Numbered from the stretch's first letter, positions 16,123 through 25,065 are shown. The stretch is DNA of 47,325 nucleotides from Chloroflexota bacterium (GCA_016210245.1 JACQUR010000063.1:1-47325); one strand, 5' to 3'. Notes: a model not told the origin generated them from the letters alone. A program made the numbers and translations.

Positions 16123-17937
16123 TCAGTGGTGGCCGCGCCGGAAGATGGCGAAGATCAGCCACAGAGCCAATCCAAGGCCTCCCGCGAACCCTGCTCCAAG
16201 GAGCCAGCCGACGAGCCAGTGCAGTCCCGCCGCGTGGGAGATCTGCAGGAGCAGGGCTATCCCCACGATCAGTCCGGTCGCCAGGATGCTCAAGATCAAG
16301 TGGTTGACCATGCGGTTCAGCGTATCCAGCACGTGCTCCGTCTCCTGGACTCGCATGTTCAGCGCGATGGTGCCTCGCTCCGCTTGCCCGAGGAGCCGAT
16401 CGACGCGCCGTGGGAGCGTGACCAGCAACTGACTCAGGTCCAGGAAGGATGGGAGGAGGCGCCTTCGCCAGCGCTCGGGCTGCAGGTAGATGCGCCAGGC
16501 CAGCTCCCGCGCGTACGACGCGAGCAGCTCGGAGAGGTTGCACTCGGGATCGAGCTGGCGGGCCAGTCCATCATGCATGATGACGGTCTTGCTCATGAGC
16601 GTGAGGTGGGCAGGGACGTACAGCCGGTGGCGACGCGCCGTGGCCAGGAACTCCTCCAGGATGCGCCGGATGTCGATCTCCCTCAGCGGCAGACCCCAGT
16701 AGAGCGAGATGAGGCGATTGAGGTCGCGCTTGAGGCGCTCGAGCTGGAACGCGGTGCCCACGATGCCCAGGGCCGCGAGCCGGTCGACCACCCGGTCGAG
16801 GTCCTGGTCCACGATGGCCAGGAACAGGTAGAGCAGGTGCTCCCGCGTCGCCTCGTCGAGTTGCCCGACCATGCCATAGTCGAGCAGGCCGATGACCTCG
16901 CCCGGCTGGATGAGAAAGTTGCCCGGGTGGGGATCGGCGTGGAAGAACCCGTCCTCCAGGATCATCTTCAGGACGATGCGCAGCCCGGTGCGAGCCAGCT
17001 TGGGGCGATCGATCCCGGCCGCTTCCAGCCCTGCGAGGTCGCTGACCTTGATGCCCTCGAACCGCTCCATGGTGAGCACGCGCCGGGTGGTGTAGCGCCA
17101 GGAGATAGCAGGGACGTGCAGGGCCGGCTCGCGCGCGAAGCTGCGGGCGATGCGCTCGGCGTTGCGGCCCTCGCGCACGTAGTCCAACTCGCCGCGCAGC
17201 GTCTCGGCAAACTCCTCGACCATGCCCGGCAGATCGTAGAGCTGGCCCCAGGCGGTGCGCGCCTGCGCCAGTCGGGCCAGGTCCATGAGGATGACCAGGT
17301 CGGCCTCGACCAGGTGCTCTACCCCGGGCCGCTGGACCTTGACCACTACCGCCTCGCCCGTCGGTAAGACGGCGGCATGCACCTGGCCGATGGAGGCGGA
17401 GCCGAGAGGCTCCGCGTCGAAGCGCGCGAAGAGGCGTGCTGGTGGCTGGCCCAGCTCCTGGTCGATCTGGCGCTCGATCACCTTCACGGGTTCAGGCGGA
17501 ACGGCATCCTGCAACCTGGCCAGTTCGGCCACGAAGTCCGGGGGCAGCAGATCGGCGCGCGTGGAGAGGATCTGCCCCAGCTTGATGAAGGTCGTGCCCA
17601 GCTCCTCGAAGGCCAGACGCAGGTGCTCGGCCTGGGTGTAGGGCATGGGGCGCCGACGATGCCCCAGCAAGCCCCAGTGGAAGGGCACCAGATGCCCCAG
17701 GCCAAGCTGGTTGACCAGGTAGCCAAAGCCGTGCCGGACGAGGATCTGCACGACCTGGCGGTAGCGGTCGAGGGTGCCGTGGGGCGGGTGGGCTGCACCC
17801 ACCGCTTCAACCTCCCCCTCATCCACAGTGTCCGGGGCGTCGTCGGCGCACGATGCGTGCCCCAACGACAGCCCCAGTCCCTCGATGGCGGGGGCAGCGA
17901 GTGCCAGGACCGGGGAGCAGGAGAGCCGGCAATCCAT
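16123..17937 (-). CDS. ABC1/UbiB-family atypical kinase with C-terminal TM segments
   Basis: 604 aa. ...FIKLGQILSTRADLLP..., ...PLGSASIGQVHAA..., ...VVKVQRPG..., ...FFHADPHPGN.... Confidence 0.85.
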   Translation of the reverse strand: MDCRLSCSPVLALAAPAIEGLGLSLGHASCADDAPDTVDEGEVEAVGAAHPPHGTLDRYRQVVQILVRHGFGYLVNQLGLGHLVPFHWGLLGHRRRPMPYTQAEHLRLAFEELGTTFIKLGQILSTRADLLPPDFVAELARLQDAVPPEPVKVIERQIDQELGQPPARLFARFDAEPLGSASIGQVHAAVLPTGEAVVVKVQRPGVEHLVEADLVILMDLARLAQARTAWGQLYDLPGMVEEFAETLRGELDYVREGRNAERIARSFAREPALHVPAISWRYTTRRVLTMERFEGIKVSDLAGLEAAGIDRPKLARTGLRIVLKMILEDGFFHADPHPGNFLIQPGEVIGLLDYGMVGQLDEATREHLLYLFLAIVDQDLDRVVDRLAALGIVGTAFQLERLKRDLNRLISLYWGLPLREIDIRRILEEFLATARRHRLYVPAHLTLMSKTVIMHDGLARQLDPECNLSELLASYARELAWRIYLQPERWRRRLLPSFLDLSQLLVTLPRRVDRLLGQAERGTIALNMRVQETEHVLDTLNRMVNHLILSILATGLIVGIALLLQISHAAGLHWLVGWLLGAGFAGGLGLALWLIFAIFRRGHH

Positions 17938-17957
17938 CGGCGGCCCCCTGCCCGGTC

Positions 17958-18188
17958 TTACCGCGCCAGGGCCTCGCCGGCGCGAAAGCCCACGCGCTCA
18001 ACGGCCGCGATGAGCTGGTCTGGGCACGCCAGCGCGGGATCGTACTCGACGTAGGCCATCTCGGTCGCCGGGTTGACGTAGACCCGTGCCACGCCGGGCG
18101 CCCGCGCCAGGGCACGCTCGACGATCAGCGCGCCGCCGCCTCCGCATCCCAGGTCGTAGATCGCCATGGTCAGCCGCTTCGTGCTCAT
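17958..18188 (-). CDS. HMA-fold small protein with a degenerate metal site (DLGCGGGG instead of GMxCxxC)
   Basis: 76 aa. MAIYDLGCGGGGALIVERALARAPGVARVYVNPATEMAYVEYDP... follows the ferredoxin-like HMA pattern. Confidence 0.5.
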   Translation of the reverse strand: MSTKRLTMAIYDLGCGGGGALIVERALARAPGVARVYVNPATEMAYVEYDPALACPDQLIAAVERVGFRAGEALAR

Positions 18189-18230
18189 GATCGGCTCAGT
18201 CCAGTGCTCCGTTCGTCGATGCCTCTGGCT

Positions 18231-19037
18231 CTAGCGACTCGACCTCGGCGCCCGGGCGCGAGGGGTACTGGATCCGCCCCAGGCAGCCCAGGCGATGGCC
18301 AGGGCGAGGGCGGCCAGGGCCAGGAACTGCGCTTCCTGGAGCCCCCAGAGCCAGACGGCCTCGGTGCGCAGAAAGGTGAGCGCGAACTTGCCCGCGGCGT
18401 ACAGCCCGAGATACAGCGCGAAGAGCCGGCCCTCGGCAGGCAGGCGCTGGCGCAGCAGCCAGAGCAGGGCGAAGATGGCCAGGTCCCAGAACTGCTCGTA
18501 CAGGAAGACGGGCTCATAGGCCACGCCAAGCTGGGGCACCAGCGCTCCTGGATTCAAGTAGACCAGCCCCCAGCTCCCGTCGGTCGGCCGGCCCACGGCG
18601 TCGCCGGTCACCAGGCAGCCCAGGCGGCCGATGGCCTGGCCCAGCACCAGGCCCGGCGCGGCAGCGTCGGAGAGCGGCCGGACCGGCAGCTCCTGGCGCC
18701 AGGCGACCAGTCCACCGGCCAGGGTGCCGCCGAGGACCGCGCCCAGGATGGCCAGACCGCCGTTCTGGAGAGCGAGGATCAGGCCCGGGTTGGCCGCGTA
18801 GAAGTCCCAGCGATCGAGCACGTGCAGCAGGCGCGCCCCCGCCAGCCCGCCGACCACGACCCACACCGCCAGGTCGGCCACCGCCTCGGTCGGGAGGCCC
18901 TTGCGCCGGGCCTCCCGCAGCGTGAGCCAGACTCCGACCAGCACCCCCGCCGCCACGGCCAGGCCGTACCAGGAGAGGGCTACCGGCCCCAGGTGAACCA
19001 GCACCGGATCAATGTTGATGGTCAGCAAGGTTACCAC
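18231..19037 (-). CDS. lgt: prolipoprotein diacylglyceryl transferase
   Basis: ...LSWYGLAVAAG..., ...GARLLHV..., ...GGLAILGAVLGG..., ...AIGRLGCLVTGD..., ...LYEQFWDL.... GTG at 19037 lies 4 nt after GGAGG; the ORF extends to 19058. Confidence 0.85.
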   Translation of the reverse strand: MVTLLTINIDPVLVHLGPVALSWYGLAVAAGVLVGVWLTLREARRKGLPTEAVADLAVWVVVGGLAGARLLHVLDRWDFYAANPGLILALQNGGLAILGAVLGGTLAGGLVAWRQELPVRPLSDAAAPGLVLGQAIGRLGCLVTGDAVGRPTDGSWGLVYLNPGALVPQLGVAYEPVFLYEQFWDLAIFALLWLLRQRLPAEGRLFALYLGLYAAGKFALTFLRTEAVWLWGLQEAQFLALAALALAIAWAAWGGSSTPRARAPRSSR

Positions 19038-19103
19038 TGTACCTCCGCGTGCCTGCATGCGATCGCGGGCTCACTGGGAGGGAGCCCCAGCAGTGCATCG
19101 AGC

Positions 19104-19808
19104 TCACAGCGTCGCCAGGAGCAGCAACCCCATCGCGACCGCCACCAGGCCGAGCCCCAGCTTGAGCTCCCCGCGGTGGTGGAGCTGCCAGCGGCCCAGG
19201 CGGTTGAACACCGGGCGCGAGCCGGCCACGGCCAGCAGCAGCACCAGCGGCAACACGAACAGCAGGTTGTACAGGACCAGGTAGGCAAGCCCGGTGAGCA
19301 GCGTGGCCTGGGTGGCCAGCAGCCCCAGCACCGCCAGGTAGATGGCCCCGGAGCAGGGCACGGTACACAGGCCCACCAGCACCCCTGCGCCAAACACCGC
19401 GGGCACCGTCGCCCGGCCGGTCAGGGCGTGGAGGCGGTCGTCGAGCCTGTCCGGCACCTTCAGGCGCAGGCCCCACTCCGGCACGAGCGCCTCCTGCAGC
19501 GCCAGCAGCCCCAGGCCGATGGCCCCGAGGGCCGCGGCGCGGCCAACCCAGTGGGTCTGGCCCAGCACGCTGGCGAAGGAGAGCAGCCCGAGCCCGAGCC
19601 CCAGGTAGGTCAGGAAGACGCCGCCCACGTAGACCAGGCCGGTGCGCCAGAGCAGCCAGCGGGCCTGGAGGCCCCTGGCACTGGCCCGCTCGGCCAGGAC
19701 CAGAGTGGCGGCGATGAAGGTGAGCAGCACGGCGAAGGCGCAGGGGTTGAGGCTATCGACCAGCGCGGCGCCGACGACGAGCGGGAGAGTCAGCTCTTCG
19801 CCGCTCAC
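19104..19808 (-). CDS. ccdA: CcdA/DsbD-family thiol:disulfide transmembrane electron transporter
   Basis: ...GAALVDSLNPCAFAVLL... and ...GLCTVPCSGAIYL... are the two conserved Cys-containing TM motifs. The GTG start overlaps the upstream stop (GTGA at 19805-19808). Confidence 0.8.
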   Translation of the reverse strand: MSGEELTLPLVVGAALVDSLNPCAFAVLLTFIAATLVLAERASARGLQARWLLWRTGLVYVGGVFLTYLGLGLGLLSFASVLGQTHWVGRAAALGAIGLGLLALQEALVPEWGLRLKVPDRLDDRLHALTGRATVPAVFGAGVLVGLCTVPCSGAIYLAVLGLLATQATLLTGLAYLVLYNLLFVLPLVLLLAVAGSRPVFNRLGRWQLHHRGELKLGLGLVAVAMGLLLLATL

Positions 19809-20293
19809 GCCTGCACTCGCAGGGTCCCCTGCATGGTCGGATTCTCCTTGCCGCCGCAGCAGATGTCGCAGTAGAACGGATAGTCGCCCGGCTCTGCGGC
19901 CGGCAGCTCGACCACGGTTTCGCTGCGCGGGGCGACCCGAGCGTCGATGCCGAGGGCGGGAATCGCAAACTGGTGCCAGCCGTTGCCATCGGTGTGGAAC
20001 TGGCTGTCCGGGTTGACGAGGCGCACGCGGAGCGCCTGCCCACTCTGCGCTGTGACCACGGGTGCGCTGAAGCCGTTCATCGAGACCTCGAGGCTCTGGT
20101 CGACCGGCCCCGCCTCTCCGCCCCGAGGCCAGAGCAGGAGGCCGACGGCTCCGAGGCTGGCGACGGCGAGGGCGAAGAACACGAGGGCGCGAGCGCGCAG
20201 ACCAGCGCGCACCGGAGCGCGAGCGCTCGCTCTGGCTGGCGGGTGATGCTGATTGGCGCGCCCGCGCCGTGGTGTGCTGTGGGAGCGGGGCAT
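19805..20293 (-). CDS. membrane-anchored cupredoxin-like domain protein
   Basis: 162 aa. N-terminal TM, then ...RVRLVNPDSQFHTDGNGWHQF...GDYPFYCDICCGGKENPTMQGTLRV (Cupredoxin_1-like). GGAGG RBS. Confidence 0.65.
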   Translation of the reverse strand: MPRSHSTPRRGRANQHHPPARASARAPVRAGLRARALVFFALAVASLGAVGLLLWPRGGEAGPVDQSLEVSMNGFSAPVVTAQSGQALRVRLVNPDSQFHTDGNGWHQFAIPALGIDARVAPRSETVVELPAAEPGDYPFYCDICCGGKENPTMQGTLRVQA

Positions 20294-20368
20294 GAGGCAC
20301 CTCCTGTGCGTGGGCCGGAGTAGTCCGTCGGGGGCATAGTGGACCGTGACGCGACACTTGACGAGTTC

Positions 20369-20430
20369 TATCCGAGCCGCGACCGTGAGGGAGCGCGGCC
20401 CTCCGCTCCCTCACGGTCGCGGCTCGGATA
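20369..20430. repeat. REP palindrome, 27-bp perfect arms (TATCCGAGCCGCGACCGTGAGGGAGCG / complement)
   Basis: 20369-20395 pairs with 20404-20430. The same core recurs at 36914-36973, 37551-37733 and 42341-42378. Confidence 0.9.
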
Positions 20431-20586
20431 GTCGACCCGGCGAATCAGGAGTCACAGTGTACTGGCGCGCACCCTGTCAATAACCAGCGTACCGTCCGGT
20501 CCTGAAGGGTGCCTGAGCCCCTCCTGAGGGCTGGCTGAAGAAACGAGTCACTTAACGGGTTCCCGTCGTCTCCGCTGAGCCAACGG

Positions 20587-21156
20587 CTAGCGTGTCCATT
20601 GGAACACCCTTTCCGGCACACCGGCCACGTCGCGGATGACGAGCTCGACGGTGCGCGTGTCAGGCCCGATCAGTGGGCGGCCCTCGGCGGTGGTCGTGGG
20701 AAAGGCGAGCGTGCCGCTGCGGTGATGGCCGCCCTGCGGAGCATCCCAGCCGCTCGGCAGCGCCTCGAGCCCCTGGTCGGTGCGCAGCCTGGCCAACTGT
20801 CGCAGGTCGTACCGGTCCAGGTCGACGGAGTGGGTATCCAGCACGACTGCGAACACCGGTCCGGCACCAGGGTTGGTCCACGTCACCGCGACCGTGACCT
20901 GCTGCGCCTCCCTCGTCTGCGTCGCCGTGCTGAACGGCGCGACCGCATCAGCGCTGGCAGCAGGGGACGGTCTGGCGCTCAACGGCCTGTCCCGGGTGGG
21001 AGGTTCCACAGCAGCCGGGCTCTCGCTCTCTGGCGCGGGTGTAGCGGCGCTGCTGCAAGCCGCCAGCGCCAGGGTAAGGAGCGCTGCCAGACCGACCAGT
21101 GCCCGCGGCCCCAGGCGCTGTCCTCTCCTGCAGCGGTGCCTTTGTAGACTTCCCAT
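20587..21156 (-). CDS. lipoprotein of unknown function (beta-rich C-terminal domain with a GGHH motif)
   Basis: Signal peptide plus lipobox LTLALAAC. ...VTVAVTWTNPGAGPVFAVVLDTHSVDLDRYDL...WDAPQGGHHRSGTLAF.... ATG at 21156 follows GGAGG. Confidence 0.55.
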   Translation of the reverse strand: MGSLQRHRCRRGQRLGPRALVGLAALLTLALAACSSAATPAPESESPAAVEPPTRDRPLSARPSPAASADAVAPFSTATQTREAQQVTVAVTWTNPGAGPVFAVVLDTHSVDLDRYDLRQLARLRTDQGLEALPSGWDAPQGGHHRSGTLAFPTTTAEGRPLIGPDTRTVELVIRDVAGVPERVFQWTR

Positions 21157-21292
21157 CACGCCTCCACACGCCTGCAAGGGATCGCGGCTCGCACCGCGTC
21201 CAAGAGCACGGTAGCGCCCTCTGCTGAGCGGAGGCTGAGGCGCGCCTGAGCGCGGGCTGAGGGCGAGGCGGCGGCGGGATGGCATGTTGAGA

Positions 21293-21311
21293 CTACTATG
21301 GGGTCATAGGA
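21293..21311. promoter_or_regulatory. candidate operator CTACTA-N7-ATAGGA upstream of the blaI-like gene
   Basis: Same architecture as the sites at 24175-24193 and 24270-24288. It lies just upstream of an extended -10-like TGGTATTAT (21316-21324). Confidence 0.4.
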
Positions 21312-21343
21312 GACCTGGTATTATGAGCAGTAGGGAGGGGTGG

Positions 21344-21772
21344 ATGAAACGCACCTACCAGAAACTCACGCGGCCCGGTGAGGGGCTCGACAAGCTGTTG
21401 GGCGAGCTCGAGCGCGAGATCATGGAGATCATGTGGGACCGTGGCCAGGGCTCGGTGCGTGACGTGCTCGAGACGCTGAACGCGAGCCGTCCCGAGGCGC
21501 AGCGGCTGGCCTATACGACGGTAATGACGGTGATGGCGCGGCTGGCCGAGAAGGGACTGCTGCGGCGTGCCCGGGTGGGCAAGGCCCACGCCTACGAGGC
21601 GGCGGAGAGCCGCGAGGCCTTCCTGGCCCGCGCCTCCCAGGAGATCGCGCGCCAGCTCGTCGAGGACTTCGGAGAGGTGGCCATCGCCGGCTTCCTGAAC
21701 GTCCTGGAGCGGGTTGCGCCCGAGCGACTGGCGCAACTCCGTCGTCGAGGGCAGTCGCGTGGTGAGCCCTAA
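21344..21772 (+). CDS. BlaI/MecI/CopY-family winged-helix repressor
   Basis: ...LGELEREIMEIMWDRGQGSVRDVLETLN...AYTTVMTVMARLAEKGLL.... GGGAGGGG RBS before ATG 21344. No C-terminal Cys motif. Confidence 0.8.
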   Translation: MKRTYQKLTRPGEGLDKLLGELEREIMEIMWDRGQGSVRDVLETLNASRPEAQRLAYTTVMTVMARLAEKGLLRRARVGKAHAYEAAESREAFLARASQEIARQLVEDFGEVAIAGFLNVLERVAPERLAQLRRRGQSRGEP

Positions 21773-22676
21773 TCGTACCTTTGCCCTGCTGGTCGTGCTG
21801 AGCAGCGGGCTGATCGCGGTCATCGGCTGGTCCGCCCACCATTTGCTGCTGGCGGGCGCGCCGGCGCTGGCCAACGCCAGCGCGTGGCCGAGCGCGAGCT
21901 GCCTCCTGCTCCCGCTGGACGGAGACTACCTCCCGCACCTGGCGAGCTACCTCTTCCTCCTGGCCATCGGGGCGGGGACGCTCGTTGGCCTGCGGGCGCT
22001 GGTGCAGCAGCAGCGCCAGACGCAGGCGCTGCTGCGCGCCTGCCTCGCCGCGCGGTCCCGCCGCCGACGGGCTCTCGATCGCCTGGCGTGGCGCCTCGGC
22101 CTCGAGGGGCGGCTGGACCTGGTCGACCTCGCTGCGCCGGTGGCTTTCTGCTACGGCTACCTTCGCCCCCGCATCCTGGTCAGCACGGGGCTGCTCACCC
22201 TGCTCCCTCGCCCGGAGTTGGACGCCCTGCTGCTCCACGAGCGCGAGCACCTGCGCCAGCGCGACCCACTCAAGGTCGGCCTGGGCAAGCTGCTCGCCTC
22301 GGCGGCCTTCTTCGTCCCCGCCCTCGGCGCCCTCTACCGGCGCTACCTGGTGGAGAAGGAGCTCGCCGCCGACCAGGCCGCTATCCGGGCGCAAGGCGGC
22401 ACCACGCCTCTGGCCGCAGCGCTCGTCCGCCTCCTGGACCACGGAGCGTTCCCCAATCCGGTGTGGTCCGCCGGGGCGAGCGAGGCGATCGAGGCGCGCA
22501 TCGACGCCTTGCTCGGCGATCCGGTGCGGCTGCGGCTGCGCGTCGGCCGCACCCCCCTGCTGGGCAGCGTAGCCGTCGCCCTGCTGGCCGCGCTCCCGCT
22601 GCTGGCTTCGCCGCTGCTGCTCGAGGCCGCGGTCTCGAGCCAGAACGTCACGGCCGGCTGCCACCTGGCGACCTGA
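21759..22676 (+). CDS. BlaR1-like M56 family membrane metallopeptidase without an extracellular sensor domain
   Basis: HExxH as LLLHEREHLRQRDPLK. N-terminal TMs and a C-terminal TM. The GTG start overlaps the end of blaI. Confidence 0.75.
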   Translation: MVSPNRTFALLVVLSSGLIAVIGWSAHHLLLAGAPALANASAWPSASCLLLPLDGDYLPHLASYLFLLAIGAGTLVGLRALVQQQRQTQALLRACLAARSRRRRALDRLAWRLGLEGRLDLVDLAAPVAFCYGYLRPRILVSTGLLTLLPRPELDALLLHEREHLRQRDPLKVGLGKLLASAAFFVPALGALYRRYLVEKELAADQAAIRAQGGTTPLAAALVRLLDHGAFPNPVWSAGASEAIEARIDALLGDPVRLRLRVGRTPLLGSVAVALLAALPLLASPLLLEAAVSSQNVTAGCHLAT

Positions 22677-22764
22677 CGGTGGCCCGCTGTCTGGGCATGA
22701 CCTACGACGACGCGCTCTGGTTCTGGAACTGGGCCGAGATCGGGACGCGGGTGGCCATCCGCCC

Positions 22765-23178
22765 CTAGCTACGCTGCTGCCCTTCTTGATCGGACTGGGC
22801 CCGCGTCTCGGCCACGCGGGCAACTGCCTCGGCCTCGCGCACCGCCGGGGAGGTGGCGGCTTCCAGGGCCGCGATCTCTCGGGCAAGGGCCTCCTGCCGG
22901 TCTTGCAGGCTCGCTAGCTGCGCCTTCAACTCGACCAGTTGCTCGTCGCGCGAGACTTCCTGGCCGGCGGGCCGACCCGTCCGGGCCGGCTCGGTGCTGC
23001 AGTGGCCGCCGTGCCCGCCGTGCCCGCCCCGCATCATGAAAAGCATCATGAGCGGACAGGCGGCCACCAGCAGCAGCGGCAGCACCGAGCCTACCAGCCC
23101 GGGCGCCACGGCGAGGACGACCAGCCCCGCCACCGCCAGCCCCAGCAGAATGTTTCGGTTCATCGAGATGCCACGCAT
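22765..23178 (-). CDS. DUF2933-like small membrane protein with a His/Gly-rich segment and coiled-coil tail
   Basis: ...LLLVAACPLMMLFMMRGGHGGHGGHC... followed by ...QLVELKAQLASLQDRQEALAREIAALE.... Confidence 0.55.
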   Translation of the reverse strand: MRGISMNRNILLGLAVAGLVVLAVAPGLVGSVLPLLLVAACPLMMLFMMRGGHGGHGGHCSTEPARTGRPAGQEVSRDEQLVELKAQLASLQDRQEALAREIAALEAATSPAVREAEAVARVAETRAQSDQEGQQRS

Positions 23179-23307
23179 TGCTCCGTACCTCCCGTGTGCC
23201 CTGTTCGCGTGCGCACTGTTCTGTCGCCCGCGCCAGTATGCCTGTCGAGCGACGCCCGTCTTGTTTTCCGCTTGCCCTCCTTGCACCTGGCGTGGGCCTC
23301 GGCCCGG

Positions 23308-24069
23308 CTACAGGAACCAGTAAGTCACCGTGTCATTGAGCCCGGCCAGCACCAGCACCACCGCCGCGGCCGGGCGAAGCCAGGCGTCGACGCGGCGCGC
23401 GCCCGCCAGGTAGCCTTTGGTCGCGCCAACTCCTGCCGCCAGCAGGCCGGCCAGCCCGAGCAGCGGCAGCGTCGTGCCCAGGGCGAACAGCCCCGGGTAG
23501 ACCACGCCAACCGGCGAGCTGAGGGCCAGCGGGATGGTGAGCCCAAAGAAGAGCAGGAACAGGGTAGGACAGAAGGCCAGCGAGAAGGCGATCCCGAGCA
23601 GGAAGGCGCCGCGGGTCCCGGAGCCGGCCCGGTCCTCCAGCCAGCCGGCCACGCCCTGGCCGAGCGAGAAACGCAGGTGTACCAGCCCGAGCAGGTACAG
23701 GCCGAGCAGGATCATCAACGGCCCGAGCGCCTTGCGCACCACGACGATGGCCGGGATGGAGCTCTGGGCGAGCTGGCGGCCGGCCAGGAGCACCGCCAGC
23801 CCGAGCAGCGTGTAGACCAGCACCTTGCCCAGCAGGTAGGCCAGGGCGCCGCGGGCGACGGCGCGCCGGTCGCCGGCCTCGCGGGCCACATAGGCCAGGG
23901 CGCTGGCGTTGGTGGTGAGCTGGCAGGGGCTGGTGGCCCCGATCAGGCCAAAGAGCAGCGCGCTCACGAACGGCAGGCCAAGAGCGTCGGCCAGGACGCG
24001 CAGCGGCTCCGCCACCGCGGCGTTGAGCGTGCTCAGCAGCGCGTACCACTCGACAACCAGCTCTCGCAT
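23308..24069 (-). CDS. DsbD_2/CcdA-like cytochrome c biogenesis-type transmembrane protein
   Basis: 253 aa, about 6 TM. ...LLFGLIGATSPCQL... and ...GIAFSLAFCPTLF... Cys-containing TM motifs. Confidence 0.6.
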   Translation of the reverse strand: MRELVVEWYALLSTLNAAVAEPLRVLADALGLPFVSALLFGLIGATSPCQLTTNASALAYVAREAGDRRAVARGALAYLLGKVLVYTLLGLAVLLAGRQLAQSSIPAIVVVRKALGPLMILLGLYLLGLVHLRFSLGQGVAGWLEDRAGSGTRGAFLLGIAFSLAFCPTLFLLFFGLTIPLALSSPVGVVYPGLFALGTTLPLLGLAGLLAAGVGATKGYLAGARRVDAWLRPAAAVVLVLAGLNDTVTYWFL

Positions 24070-24174
24070 CTCCCGGTGCTCCTGAACTCACCTGAGGAGT
24101 TAGGCCTGGTCGTCCTTCTCGACGCGGAGCAGGCGCTTGCGGGCCAGGCGCGCCACGGTGCTCATGGCCGCAGT

Positions 24175-24193
24175 CTACTACAGATGCGTAGGA
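24175..24193. promoter_or_regulatory. candidate operator CTACTA-N7-GTAGGA
   Basis: In the divergent intergenic region between the DsbD_2 and tlpA operons. Same spacing as the sites at 21293 and 24270. Confidence 0.4.
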
Positions 24194-24250
24194 AAAGCAA
24201 CAGGTGTCGCCTCGGCACCCGGTCCTGGCCGCGGGCCGGCCATTGGGCCA

Positions 24251-24288
24251 TTGAAAGGGCCAGCCCATACTACTATAATGGCGTAGTA
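24251..24288 (+). promoter_or_regulatory. sigma70-like promoter TTGAAA-N17-TATAAT overlapped by operator CTACTA-N7-GTAGTA
   Basis: TTGAAA at 24251-24256 and TATAAT at 24274-24279. An 8-bp inverted repeat CATACTAC/GTAGTATG (24266-24273 / 24283-24290) brackets the -10. Confidence 0.55.
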
Positions 24289-24464
24289 TGTTCACCGGGC
24301 GGGCTGGAGGACGGTGAGGCTGGGCATGACGGCGTGCTCGTCCGAAAGTGGATTGGCCCGATCGGCGAACGCGAGCTCAGCGGCGCACTCGCGGAGCTGG
24401 GACTGTGACCATCGACCACCTCCTCCACCTCGGGTCCCCCGTCTCTGCTCCGACGAGGGGATCG

Positions 24465-24986
24465 ATGCGGCGCCTCTCCCTGGCCGGGGGGCTGGTGCTG
24501 GCGGCCCTGGCTGTCCTCGCGTACCTCGCCCTGGGCACGAGCGCGGCCCAGGGACCCACCGCCGATGCGGGGCCACGGCCGCTCGCGCCGGATTTCCTTG
24601 CGCCCACCTTCAGCGGGGGAGCCAGCCGCCTGTCCGATTTCCGGGGCCAGCCTGTGGTGGTCAACTTCTGGGCCTCCTGGTGTCCACCCTGCCGGGCTGA
24701 GGCCCGCGAGCTTGAGCACGTCTGGCAGGCGTACCGGGACCGGGGTGTTGTCTTCCTCGGCATCAACGTCCAGGACACGGAGGTCGGGGCACGGACCTTC
24801 CTGGACGAGTTCGGGGTGACCTACCCTAACGTCCGGGACGTGGCCGACGAGGTGACCGCCGCCTACGAGGTCAGCAGCATCCCGACTACGGTTTTCATTG
24901 ACCGGAACGGGCGTATTGTCAGCTATCGGCTTGGGCAGGTGAGCGAGCAACAGCTTGTGGCGCGGCTCGAGGAGTTGCTGCCATGA
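24465..24986 (+). CDS. TlpA/ResA-like membrane-anchored thioredoxin-fold thiol:disulfide oxidoreductase
   Basis: N-terminal TM, ...VVVNFWASWCPPCRAE... (WCPPC). GAGGGGA RBS before ATG 24465. Confidence 0.85.
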   Translation: MRRLSLAGGLVLAALAVLAYLALGTSAAQGPTADAGPRPLAPDFLAPTFSGGASRLSDFRGQPVVVNFWASWCPPCRAEARELEHVWQAYRDRGVVFLGINVQDTEVGARTFLDEFGVTYPNVRDVADEVTAAYEVSSIPTTVFIDRNGRIVSYRLGQVSEQQLVARLEELLP

Positions 24987-25065
24987 CTCGCGCGGCTGGC
25001 GCTCGTGCGACGCGCCCGCGAGACCGGGGCGCTCGGCTCGAGCGCCCGAGCGCTGGGGGGCGGGG

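Noticed and set aside
24100-24165. A 21-codon minus-strand ORF (MSTVARLARKRLLRVEKDDQA) upstream of the DsbD_2 gene.
   Set aside because: It has no ribosome-binding site, is very short, and lies within the region better explained by promoters and operators.
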